From Candidatus Cloacimonadales bacterium (lineage in GTDB: Bacteria; Cloacimonadota; Cloacimonadia; Cloacimonadales; JAIOQZ01), in the NCBI GenBank assembly GCA_963665815.1, contig OY762463.1, forward strand, positions 800,001 through 864,000: DNA of 64,000 nt, in the 5' to 3' direction. How positions within the stretch are numbered: position 1 is the stretch's first letter; the number at the start of each line of letters is the position of its first letter. Positions 53,582 through 63,523 of the stretch are shown in pieces. The translations under genes were made by a program, and so were the position numbers. The notes beneath the pieces are model-generated. The model worked only from the letters and a program-made list of their open reading frames with translations, did not search any database and was not told the DNA's origin.

Positions 53582-55075
53582 GTTATCTGTTATATCATCT
53601 CCAATGGGGTTATTGGGATTAAGATAAGCCATAGGATCGTAATCCGTGAATTCATGAATATTGAGTTCATATGTATTTCCCCCACCAATCCCAAGTCTCG
53701 GATTTCCTACAATGAAATTATCATAATGCGGGTAAATCCCCCAGCCTTGCTCAAATTCATGAAGGCTAGCTCCATTAGATATAAACAATTCACTCCCTAC
53801 GTCCAGATAAATACTGCAAGGGCCATAATGCAGTGCATATTTATATCCCGGACTATTTGTTCTTGTGAGTATAGAGTACTGAAGCCTTAGCACTACATCA
53901 CTGAGATTTTCAATAACTATATATGATAATGAAGGATCTAAACCATAACTTCTAGCGTTAATTTCAGCAAACTTCAAATCTCCGGGCATAGCATAACGCC
54001 AATAGCCTAAAAGTAGGGCATCACTTAGCACACCGGGGTCTGCAAAGCTGATATTATCTCCATAATTATATGCTCTTCTCTGATTTGTCCCGATTGCCGG
54101 AAAAGAATTCCACTGCTCAAGGTTTGAGTCAACAAGACTATAGGATACTCCTTCGCCAATATCAAGCTCAAATTCTCCCTGAAGGAAATTCGCAGGTATA
54201 TCAACACCATAAGCAAGTGCATTAACTCCACCACCAATCCAAGTTGATGCAAACTCACTTAAAGTAGCTCCCCTGGAAACAACAAGACAACCATATGGTG
54301 GAATTAAACCTGTAAGATAAAATCTATAGTCAGAATCATTACTTTTGGTTAATATTAGATTTGATATATCTACTGTATAGCATGATGCATTATAAATTTC
54401 CAGGAATGCAGCATTCTCATTACTTCCGGGAACATTATCCGAACCTTCCGAAATATAGATATCTCCCTTATCAGGGAATACAATCACAGAATCTGTTATG
54501 CAAACTGTATCTATAACAGTCGTTAAACCGGTGACAGTAAAATTGATATCTTGAGAAAAGCTCCCATTCGGTACCGGATTGCCATCATATAATGTTATCT
54601 GGTTTTGCACACCGCTTTGATCCCAGTGTATTCCGAGGAATTCGAAATCATCAATGACATCAAAAACCATTACTGCACAATCAGTCCATGTATCTCCGAG
54701 ATTGTAACATACTCCCGGAATTGTCGGTGCCCAGGGGTAAAGACCATTTATACCACATTTTATAGAAGACATTTCAACAGGTACAATTGTATAGACATCT
54801 AATACACTGAAAGCAGTATGGTCTTCAATTGGTCCAAGACTGTAGGAGTCCGAACAGTTAAAACTAATTGCAGCATTATTATATAGTATTCTCTGTGCAA
54901 AAAAACCAAGAGGAACATCCCCGGCATTTGATTTAATCTGGAGTTTTATTTTATATTGATTGTTCACAGCATCATAACCCATGCCATCAGAATCATAAAC
55001 CATGTTATAATCTATACTGCCGTATAAAAAAACAGACAAACCAAAATACAATGTAAGTATAAAAAATATTTTCAT
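53267..55075 (-). CDS. Secreted protein: cohesin-like N-domain + two lamin-tail-like domains + CTD
   Basis: Signal peptide; GDIYISE...FLEIYN and GDLKFAEIN...YIVIEN repeats; CTD; paralogue of 55108-56907. Confidence 0.75.
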   Translation of the reverse strand: MKIFFILTLYFGLSVFLYGSIDYNMVYDSDGMGYDAVNNQYKIKLQIKSNAGDVPLGFFAQRILYNNAAISFNCSDSYSLGPIEDHTAFSVLDVYTIVPVEMSSIKCGINGLYPWAPTIPGVCYNLGDTWTDCAVMVFDVIDDFEFLGIHWDQSGVQNQITLYDGNPVPNGSFSQDINFTVTGLTTVIDTVCITDSVIVFPDKGDIYISEGSDNVPGSNENAAFLEIYNASCYTVDISNLILTKSNDSDYRFYLTGLIPPYGCLVVSRGATLSEFASTWIGGGVNALAYGVDIPANFLQGEFELDIGEGVSYSLVDSNLEQWNSFPAIGTNQRRAYNYGDNISFADPGVLSDALLLGYWRYAMPGDLKFAEINARSYGLDPSLSYIVIENLSDVVLRLQYSILTRTNSPGYKYALHYGPCSIYLDVGSELFISNGASLHEFEQGWGIYPHYDNFIVGNPRLGIGGGNTYELNIHEFTDYDPMAYLNPNNPIGDDITDNSDVNRYTEVTNVKGNYPNPFNPETSIEFSLKGHSNEEVEVNLTVYNIKGQKVITLIDGKINPSGQHSVRWSGKDDTGNSVSSGVYFYKLQTPDYSETGKMVLMK

Positions 55076-55107
55076 AAACTCCTCTCAGATCAAAGTTAAA
55101 AAAAAAT

Positions 55108-56907
55108 CTATTTCATCAAAACCATTTTTCCTGTTTCAGAATAATCCGGTGTTTGAAGTTTATAGAAATATACTCCGGAACTAACGGAATTTCCTGTATC
55201 GTCTTTTCCACTCCACCTCACAGAATGTTGTCCGGAAGGATTAAGCTTCCCGTCTATGAGAGTAATTACTTTCTGACCTTTAATATTGTAAACTGTGAGA
55301 TTAACTTCAACTTCTTCATTTGAATGTCCCTTTAGTGAGAACTCTATAGATGTTTCAGGATTGAATGGGTTTGGATAGTTACCCTTTACATTGGTTACTT
55401 CTGTATATCTGTTTACATCTGAATTACCGGTTAATTTGTCACCTTGGGTTGGATCAATAAGATTAGTAGCAACAAGGTCATCTATTCTGTCATCTTCAGA
55501 CATAATTGTTAATGCATTAGAGTCTGTACTGAATTCACGTATAGAGAGTTCATAGTAGTTTCCTCCACCAATCGCAAGTTGAGAATCACCTTGAAGAAAT
55601 TGTCCTTGAAAACCATCACCCCAGAAACGTTCGAAAATATCCTGTGATGCCCCATTAGTTATTATAACTTCTTCTCCGGCTAAAAGGTATACCCAGTCAA
55701 AACCGTTTATCAAAGCAAAACTGAAGCTTTCTCCATTTATCTTTCGAAGCAGACAGTTTTCCAGCTTCAAGGTTTCGTTACTTGTATTTTTTACAACAAT
55801 ATATGAAACCGAAGGATCTATGTCATAAGCTCTGGCATTGACTTCTCCAAAACTTAAATCCCCCTCTGCAGGATGACGCCAGGTTATTGGTCCGCCAATT
55901 GAGAAAAAACCCGGAGTTGCGAATGAGGGATTACCAGGACTCCAATTATCAGGAGTGACTCTCTGCATTCTTGAACCACTTACAACAACAGGGGAAATAT
56001 CTAAAATTTCACCGCTTACATGAACCAGATTGTAACTATGACCTCCACCAATATCAAGGCTGATACTTCCTCGTATAAAAGCACTATTTTGATTAAAACC
56101 ATTTCCTCCCCAGACATTCAGAAAATTAGTAATCGTTGCACCGTTTGAAACGACCATGCATTCGAGAGGCGTGATTCTGCCACTAAGAGGAATAAAACTT
56201 GTAGTGTTATTATTTTGTGCTATTGTCAAAGTGGACAGATCAACAACATTACCTGAAACATTAAGAATTTCAATAAAACCTGTGTTCAGGTCGTTTCCAG
56301 GTGAGTGTGGAGAGATTTCGGATATAAACAAGTCTCCAACTGAAGGTTGAACTGCATTGCCGGATATAGAAATATCATGATCCCCCAAAAAACTTCCATT
56401 AGCTACATCAGGGCTGTTATATTGTGTAATGTGGTTTTGCACCCCGCTTTGATCCCAATGAATATCGACTGTAAACTCACTATTAACCACATCGAAAACC
56501 ATAACTGCACAGTCTGTCCAGGTATCCCCAAGATTGTAACACATCACGGGAGAAGTTGCAGGTCCATCGTAAATGCCATTAATTCCGCATTTCACTGGTG
56601 ACATCTCCACTGGCAGAAGAGTATAAACATCCATTGCACTTGCAAATAAATAATCTTCAACAGGTCCTAAACTGTAAGAATCTGTAATATTGAATGAAAG
56701 ACAAGCATTGTTATAAAGCAATCTCAGATTAAAGTACCCCATTGGAATATCACCTGCATTGGATTTAATCTGCAATTTAACTCTATATTGATTATTCACA
56801 TTGTCATATCCCATGCCATCAGAATCATAAACCATGTTATAATCTATACTGCTATACAAGAAAGCAGTTAATACAAAAAATACAAAAAAAATTGAAACCA
56901 GTCTCAT
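55108..56907 (-). CDS. Secreted protein: cohesin-like N-domain + two lamin-tail-like domains + CTD
   Basis: Signal peptide, GGAGG RBS, GDLFISEI...FIEILN and GDLSFGEVN repeats, CTD. Confidence 0.75.
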   Translation of the reverse strand: MRLVSIFFVFFVLTAFLYSSIDYNMVYDSDGMGYDNVNNQYRVKLQIKSNAGDIPMGYFNLRLLYNNACLSFNITDSYSLGPVEDYLFASAMDVYTLLPVEMSPVKCGINGIYDGPATSPVMCYNLGDTWTDCAVMVFDVVNSEFTVDIHWDQSGVQNHITQYNSPDVANGSFLGDHDISISGNAVQPSVGDLFISEISPHSPGNDLNTGFIEILNVSGNVVDLSTLTIAQNNNTTSFIPLSGRITPLECMVVSNGATITNFLNVWGGNGFNQNSAFIRGSISLDIGGGHSYNLVHVSGEILDISPVVVSGSRMQRVTPDNWSPGNPSFATPGFFSIGGPITWRHPAEGDLSFGEVNARAYDIDPSVSYIVVKNTSNETLKLENCLLRKINGESFSFALINGFDWVYLLAGEEVIITNGASQDIFERFWGDGFQGQFLQGDSQLAIGGGNYYELSIREFSTDSNALTIMSEDDRIDDLVATNLIDPTQGDKLTGNSDVNRYTEVTNVKGNYPNPFNPETSIEFSLKGHSNEEVEVNLTVYNIKGQKVITLIDGKLNPSGQHSVRWSGKDDTGNSVSSGVYFYKLQTPDYSETGKMVLMK

Positions 56908-57210
56908 ATTTCCTCCATTTGCTAGAAAATCTTTATTATTATGTTTGTGTAATTATTCTAAAATTTATATTTTCTCCGTTTTGAACCTGAGTAAATTCTG
57001 TATCTGAAACAATGTTTACCATGCTCCAGCCCGATCATTCCACACTTCTCTATACATTTCAGCAGAATTAAATTATTTATTGATTAACACTTTAATTTAT
57101 TCTTACTTAATATTATATATCGTAAGTTCAGTGTCAACAAATTTATTTTTATCAAAAAAATATTTTATTCGAGTTAACTTAATTATTTTCTCAAATTATC
57201 TAACAAATAT

Positions 57211-57324
57211 TTATTTCATCAGAACCATTTTTCTGGTCTGTATAGAATCATTAGTTCTAAGTTTGTAAAAATACACTCCCGAGCTGACTGATTTTCCTGA
57301 TTCATCCCTGCCGTTCCATTTAAC
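57211..57324. repeat. 114-bp direct repeat (3' CTD), second copy at 58397-58510
   Basis: One mismatch by eye. Confidence 0.88.
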
Positions 57325-58368
57325 CGAATGCTTCTCTTTTAAGCTCATTACATCGTCGATTAATGTAATAACCTTCTGTCCTTTAATATTATAAACTGAT
57401 AGATCTACATCTACAGGGCTGGTATACTTGTCGCTCATGTCAAACTCAATTGTTGTTTCAGGATTGAACGGATTAGGGTAGTTAGAGATATGAAGATTTG
57501 CCTCAGCGAAATCAGTTACTCCCGCAGGAATAGTTATTGACTTAGGGAAATAATATCCCTCAATTATTCCTCCGGTCTGTACAACCTCAATCCAATAGTG
57601 GTATATCTGCTCCGAATGCACATCAGTATCAACAAACTCATATTGGTTGTTATTATCCATCTCATGCAAAATAAAATTACCTGAATTCAATATCGAGGCA
57701 GTTGAGAAATCAGAACTTACACTTCTCCAGAGTCTGAACCCCATCAAATCTGTTTCGGATATTGATACCCAAAACACATGTACATCAAAATATCTGTCTA
57801 CTGAAACATAAAAACTTTGGAAATCTACTGAAAGGATCTGGTACTCACTAGTTACTCCCGGATCAGCTGTTGTTGGAGGTGAAGGAGCTGACCATTGGTT
57901 TGGTTGTGTTTGAACTACACGTTCCCAGGCATTTACTACAGGTGTTGCATCAATTTCTAAACGTACATCCGGTAAATTTAGAGAATAATCGTAACCGCAA
58001 CCGATACCGATTAATAAATCACCTTGTACGAATAATGTTGTATTTATATCAAGTGTTACTCCCCAGGCAGATTCGAATGAAACTAGATCAGCACCGTTAG
58101 TAATTATAACTATACCGAATGCAGGAACTGTTCCTGCGAGGTTAACTGTATATAATGTTTTAGCGTTTTCTAATGTTACGCCTGAAAGAGATACTTCGTC
58201 TGCCGTGATGTTTTTTATTTCAATAAATCCTGTTGATTGAGATTCACCTGCATTGTTGCATGAAATTTCACTGAAATATATTTGACCTTGGTTAACAGCA
58301 TTAAGACTGGAACCTGCAGCAAAATATAAAAAAAATAAAACAAATGATGTTAATAATAATCTCTTCAA
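57211..58368 (-). CDS. Secreted lamin-tail-like + Ig-like + CTD protein
   Basis: TTG start with AGGAG RBS, signal peptide, IYFSEI...FIEIKN, W....E.DLMGFRLWRS Ig-like segment, CTD. Confidence 0.78.
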   Translation of the reverse strand: MKRLLLTSFVLFFLYFAAGSSLNAVNQGQIYFSEISCNNAGESQSTGFIEIKNITADEVSLSGVTLENAKTLYTVNLAGTVPAFGIVIITNGADLVSFESAWGVTLDINTTLFVQGDLLIGIGCGYDYSLNLPDVRLEIDATPVVNAWERVVQTQPNQWSAPSPPTTADPGVTSEYQILSVDFQSFYVSVDRYFDVHVFWVSISETDLMGFRLWRSVSSDFSTASILNSGNFILHEMDNNNQYEFVDTDVHSEQIYHYWIEVVQTGGIIEGYYFPKSITIPAGVTDFAEANLHISNYPNPFNPETTIEFDMSDKYTSPVDVDLSVYNIKGQKVITLIDDVMSLKEKHSVKWNGRDESGKSVSSGVYFYKLRTNDSIQTRKMVLMK

Positions 58369-58396
58369 TTTACTCTCCTGTATTTTAAAATTCCAT

Positions 58397-61174
58397 TTAT
58401 TTCATCAGAACCATTTTTCTGGTCTGTATAGAATCATTAGTTCTAAGTTTGTAAAAATACACTCCCGAGCTGACTGGTTTTCCTGATTCATCCCTGCCGT
58501 TCCATTTAACAGTGTACTTTTCTTTCAAGCTTTGAATGCCATCAACAAGACTGATTACCTTTTGCCCTTTAGCATTATAGATTGTCAAGTTAACATTGAT
58601 CGGTTCACCATATCTCCCCTTCAGTCTGTATTCGATTGTTGTTTCCGGATTGAACGGATTGGGATAATTACATTTCAATTCAGTTCTATCGCTGTAATAT
58701 GGTGGAATATCATCTGAATCCCATAAAGTTGCACTTACAGGACCATGAGTTACAGAATTTCCATCCAGACTTACAATCTGCAGCCAGTAGTAAAGTTTTG
58801 TACCTTCCGGTATATCTTCAGTATCATTATCAATGTATTTAAATTCTAATGTGTTAACAGTGGTTGAAATATCCTCGAATGTCAGGAATTCAGCCTGATC
58901 ATAGAATTCGTTGTCATTCCTGTATAATGTGAATCCAAGCAGATCAGAATCAGAACCAAGACTCCAATCCAGACTAACTTTGTTTCCGGATATTGCTACA
59001 GCTTCAAATGACGAAAGTATAACAGGTAAAGACTGATCTTCCGGATCTCCAATTGCCCAGTTCGAGAACTCTGTAACTCCTGTTACAGTTACCGAATTAT
59101 TCGCAGTATTAACAACTCCTCCCGCAAATTGCCACTCAGCACCATTGAATCTGTATAAGCTTAGCCTTGCTTCCGATTCCGAGGGAGAAGTAAATCCTGC
59201 CCCTGCCAGTTCTTCATCAGTATAATATAAGGTAAGATCAGCATTGAAAGCTGCTCCGCCTGCATCAATGTCAAACCAGCAAGACAGACATGTTGAGCCA
59301 TCAGGTATATTGGACGGCTTTGAAGTATGCTTAATCAATTTCAGTGTATCTATTGATTCAGATACAAAATCTATCACTGCAATTGTATCCTGAGAAACAA
59401 AGTCATATTCACCTGTACCGTTAATCTCCGCATTTACCTGCAGAGCAGATGCATCAACTGCTGCTTTTGCATTCAGTTTACCATAACCGAATTTATAGTT
59501 TGGACTGTTTCCGCCATAGGAAGAGCTCTGAGTTTCTATATCGGTATAAACATTATCTGTCAGTTTGTTCAATATATAAGATGCATCAGCATCATTATAC
59601 TTTTCCAGCAACAATGCAGCAGTACCTGCAACATGTGGAGCTGCTCCGCTTGTACAGCACAAGGAACTGTAACCGGTATCCGAAGAAGCATCCGGTGCGT
59701 ATACATCCGTAGGCGCAGAAACATCCGGTTTCTGTATGCCATAATACCCACCAAAACTTGAGCCCCAGTACGCTCTGCCATTAGAACAGCTATAACCTCC
59801 AACAAGTATTACTGACTCAGACATTCCATATACATTGAGTGATGGAGCCTGTACTGTATAATTGTTGAACTCGGCATCAATTCCGGAAGAATAAACCTGT
59901 CCCCACCATTCTCCACCATTATCATCATGAGCTTCACTGATAGGTTCCAGAGAAAGTGTCCAAATATCTCCGGCTGTAATTGTTCCGCTTTCGTCCGATA
60001 CAACAAATTCGATGTAAGGATTATCAATTGCAGTGGAGTCATGAGCTACATACACTCTGCCATATGGTGTATCAAAAGATGATGTTCCTGAAATTACTGC
60101 ATATTGCGTAGATCCGGGATCAGTAATCCTGAGATTAAATTGATCTCCCGTATAATAATAGTATCTACTTACCAGATAATCAATATTTTCTGTCAGTGAT
60201 CCTGATATTTCGATTTCAATATCATCAACCGGATTAGAATAGCTTGTTGCAGATGCACTCAGTTGGTGAGAATTATACCAGTTACCACCGGCAACCGATA
60301 CTGCTCTCCCCTCTCCAGAAAAAGACTCAAGAGCTTCAGCAACAGGATGAGAACCATCAGGTTCTCCCCAGAATGTTCCAAGACTGATAGATAACACAAC
60401 AGGTACTCCTGGATAAGCAGCATCAGAAATCTGTTTAATGTAATTTATCGCATCAATAGTATATGAGGTTCCCGATGCCTTCTGCACATAAATTATGCTT
60501 GCACCGGGAGCAATTCCTTTCAATTCATTATTTATAGAACCGGAACCATCTCCGCTTGCAATACCTGCACATTGAGTACCGTGGTTATATCCGTTAACGA
60601 TTGCAGGACCGGAACCGGAATTCAAGTCACTTTCGGAATATTCATAACCAAAATCGTATCCGGATGGAGCATTCCCATCATGCTGCTGATCCCATATTCT
60701 GAGAATTCTTGTTGAATCCTCATCATCTTTGAAAGCTGCGTGTGCCCAGTTAAAAGGATGTGAATCTATAATCCCGATGATCACTCCGGCTCCAGTAAAT
60801 CCCTCAGCGTGAACAGAGTCTGCATTAATGCCTGCATATCGACTGCTTATGTAATTGTATGGTCTGGAATTATCCATTAACTCAATATCAGAAACATCCT
60901 TGTAGATTTTGCGTAATAATCTTCTGCAATCCGGATTATTCAAAGATTGTAAAGGAACAACAGCAGATTTTATGTTACCCAAATCAGTAATAACCTGTAT
61001 TCCCTTTTCAGCCAGTTGACAAGGAGAAGCATCAGATTCAATAATACATCTTACTAAATCATTATTTCTTTCAGTTGTATTAGACCAATTGAGGTAAACA
61101 GGTACTCTTAAACAGTAAATTGAGCTAAAACTCAGTATGATCATAATTAATAGGGTTTTATATTGTTTTTTCAT
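58397..61174 (-). CDS. Secreted S8 (subtilisin-like) serine peptidase with CTD; start 61174 or 61192
   Basis: GAGVIIGIIDS (Asp), NHGTQCAGIA (His), CTSGAAPHVAG (Ser), KPDVSAP, FGYGKLNA; CTD. Confidence 0.9.
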   Translation of the reverse strand: MKKQYKTLLIMIILSFSSIYCLRVPVYLNWSNTTERNNDLVRCIIESDASPCQLAEKGIQVITDLGNIKSAVVPLQSLNNPDCRRLLRKIYKDVSDIELMDNSRPYNYISSRYAGINADSVHAEGFTGAGVIIGIIDSHPFNWAHAAFKDDEDSTRILRIWDQQHDGNAPSGYDFGYEYSESDLNSGSGPAIVNGYNHGTQCAGIASGDGSGSINNELKGIAPGASIIYVQKASGTSYTIDAINYIKQISDAAYPGVPVVLSISLGTFWGEPDGSHPVAEALESFSGEGRAVSVAGGNWYNSHQLSASATSYSNPVDDIEIEISGSLTENIDYLVSRYYYYTGDQFNLRITDPGSTQYAVISGTSSFDTPYGRVYVAHDSTAIDNPYIEFVVSDESGTITAGDIWTLSLEPISEAHDDNGGEWWGQVYSSGIDAEFNNYTVQAPSLNVYGMSESVILVGGYSCSNGRAYWGSSFGGYYGIQKPDVSAPTDVYAPDASSDTGYSSLCCTSGAAPHVAGTAALLLEKYNDADASYILNKLTDNVYTDIETQSSSYGGNSPNYKFGYGKLNAKAAVDASALQVNAEINGTGEYDFVSQDTIAVIDFVSESIDTLKLIKHTSKPSNIPDGSTCLSCWFDIDAGGAAFNADLTLYYTDEELAGAGFTSPSESEARLSLYRFNGAEWQFAGGVVNTANNSVTVTGVTEFSNWAIGDPEDQSLPVILSSFEAVAISGNKVSLDWSLGSDSDLLGFTLYRNDNEFYDQAEFLTFEDISTTVNTLEFKYIDNDTEDIPEGTKLYYWLQIVSLDGNSVTHGPVSATLWDSDDIPPYYSDRTELKCNYPNPFNPETTIEYRLKGRYGEPINVNLTIYNAKGQKVISLVDGIQSLKEKYTVKWNGRDESGKPVSSGVYFYKLRTNDSIQTRKMVLMK

Positions 61175-61374
61175 ACTCAAAATTATGAACATGACTCAGT
61201 ATTTTGCAAGTTTTTTTTATCATGACAACTTTTTTTTTGTGTTTCCAGTGCTTTATGCTTAATTTTTCATTGTTATCAAATTTTAAAAAAATCTCGATAA
61301 ATACTGATATAATGTTTTTTATTGACAAAAATAGTGATTTAACTAACAAAAAGAAAAAACGAAATAGGTGAAGC

Positions 61375-63516
61375 ATGTCTTTTCAAGAAAAAATTGAGAA
61401 CAATCTTAATGAGCTATCTGCAGCAATAATTGATATTGATGAAAAAGATAATCAGGAAATCGGTCAGTTACTGATTCAGTTTGAAAATCTCGTAAAACTT
61501 ATGAAAGATGAAATCACTCCTGAAGTTGATTATATCATCAAAGAAATTTCGAAATGTCTGGAATCATTAATTCTTAACGATATTGATCCTGTTGATGATA
61601 TTGATGCAGTCTATGAAGCAATCTTTAAAAACTTTGAAGATTTAAGCAACTATATAACAAAACCTGCAAAACGAACCGGACTCTCAGAGCAGATTAAAAC
61701 CAGAATGAATGCTCCCGATGAAAGATCAGCAAAAGAGCAAGTCCCACTTGATGAAACTGAAGAACCGAGCGAAATTGATGAACCATCTGCATCTGAAGAG
61801 TCAATAACTGCTGAGCAGAATGATCCCTATGCAGATTTGAATAAGCAGGATGAAGAACTGGATATGAATGATGAAGATGACGATATTTTCCTGGACTTTC
61901 TTCAGGAAACTCATGAATATATCGAAACTCTTGAAAATGAAATCATAGACCTTGAAGGTGATCCTACAAACAAAGAAATCATTAACAATGTATTTCGACC
62001 TTTCCATACGCTTAAAGGGGTTTCAGGATTCATGGGATTGAAATTACTGACAAATATTTCTCATGAGACTGAAAATCTGCTTGATATGGCAAGAAACGAT
62101 AAACTGGCAATAGACGAGTCTATTATACAGGGGATTCTTAACTCTCTTGATATGATAAAAAGCATTGTAAATAAATTGTCACCGGAAAACAGAAAAGAGC
62201 AAATTGATCAAAGCAGAGTAGACCAGCAGATAAATCTTCTTAAGATTTTGATCTCTCAGGAAAAGAAACCGGCAGATTTGAAACTGGATCTTACAAAACC
62301 TGAAGATAAAGATGAAGCCGATGATAAACCTGCATCATCTTCTAATTCAAATGAACGCCAGAAAGATGCCCGGGTAAAAGTAAAAACCGATAAACTTGAT
62401 TATCTCGTGGATATGGTAGGTGAATTAGTTATCAATGCAAACCTTGTTGCTCAGGATAAAAACATTGCTAAGATAACTAATCAGGAATTTCTCAAAAAAC
62501 TAAGTCATATGAACAGGGTTGTCAGTGAACTTCAGAATGCTTCCATGGCATTACGTATGATTCCTATTGCGTCAACATTTTCCAGAATGAAAAGAGTTGT
62601 CAGGGATTACACTCATAAATCCGGCAAAAAAATAAATCTTGTTCTCAAAGGTGAAGACACTGAAATCGACAGAAACATTGTAGACAGTCTTTACGATCCG
62701 CTTGTACATATGATTCGAAACTCCTGTGATCATGGAATAGAAGACTCAGAAGCCAGGAGTAAAACCGACAAACCCAAAGAAGGTACAATCACCCTTGAAG
62801 CATATCACAAGGGAAACAATATTGTGATAGAGGTTATTGATGATGGTAAGGGACTGGATAAAGAAGCTATTCTTGAAAGAGCAATTGAAAGAGGACTTGC
62901 AAAGCCAAACGAAACCCTTACAGACCAGCAGATATTCCAATTTATTATGATGGCTGGATTTTCTACCGCAAAAAAAATAACAAATGTTTCCGGTCGTGGT
63001 GTAGGAATGGATGTTGTTAATCAGACATTAAAGAACCTTGGTGGACGTGTTGATATAAAATCAGAAAAAGGGAAAGGCAGTATATTCAGTATCAGTTTAC
63101 CGCTTACTCTGGCAATAATTGAAGGTATGCTGGTCAAGAATGGTGATGAACTGTTTATCATTCCGGTTATAAATGTGAAGAGAACACTAAAACCTGATCC
63201 TGCTGCAATCAACAAAATTGTTGGTAAGGGCGAAACCCTTAATCTGCACGATAATCTTATACCTATTTTAAAGCTTTATGATGTTTTTGATACACCAAAT
63301 GCTAAAAAGAACTATGAAGATACACTGCTGATTATTGTTGCAGGCGGTAAAGGAAAAGACTTTGCAATACTTGTGGACCAACTTATTGGTATACAGGATG
63401 TAGTAATTAAGAGTCTTGGAGAAAAATTCAAAAAACTTAAAGGTATCTCAGGAGCAACTATTCTCGGAGATGGATCAGTTGGACTGATTCTGGACGTTAA
63501 CAGTCTGCATGATTGA
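61375..63516 (+). CDS. cheA: Chemotaxis histidine kinase CheA
   Basis: Hpt FRPFHTLKG, dimerisation LVDMVGELVI, DPLVHMIRNSCDHG, SGRGVGMDVV, C-terminal CheW-like domain. Confidence 0.96.
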   Translation: MSFQEKIENNLNELSAAIIDIDEKDNQEIGQLLIQFENLVKLMKDEITPEVDYIIKEISKCLESLILNDIDPVDDIDAVYEAIFKNFEDLSNYITKPAKRTGLSEQIKTRMNAPDERSAKEQVPLDETEEPSEIDEPSASEESITAEQNDPYADLNKQDEELDMNDEDDDIFLDFLQETHEYIETLENEIIDLEGDPTNKEIINNVFRPFHTLKGVSGFMGLKLLTNISHETENLLDMARNDKLAIDESIIQGILNSLDMIKSIVNKLSPENRKEQIDQSRVDQQINLLKILISQEKKPADLKLDLTKPEDKDEADDKPASSSNSNERQKDARVKVKTDKLDYLVDMVGELVINANLVAQDKNIAKITNQEFLKKLSHMNRVVSELQNASMALRMIPIASTFSRMKRVVRDYTHKSGKKINLVLKGEDTEIDRNIVDSLYDPLVHMIRNSCDHGIEDSEARSKTDKPKEGTITLEAYHKGNNIVIEVIDDGKGLDKEAILERAIERGLAKPNETLTDQQIFQFIMMAGFSTAKKITNVSGRGVGMDVVNQTLKNLGGRVDIKSEKGKGSIFSISLPLTLAIIEGMLVKNGDELFIIPVINVKRTLKPDPAAINKIVGKGETLNLHDNLIPILKLYDVFDTPNAKKNYEDTLLIIVAGGKGKDFAILVDQLIGIQDVVIKSLGEKFKKLKGISGATILGDGSVGLILDVNSLHD

Positions 63517-63523
63517 GGACTCT

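Noticed and set aside
56908-57210. Riboswitch or leader peptide upstream of the 55108-56907 gene
   Set aside because: Two tiny minus-strand ORFs lack well-spaced RBSs and I could not match a known riboswitch consensus by eye; an Rfam scan would settle it.
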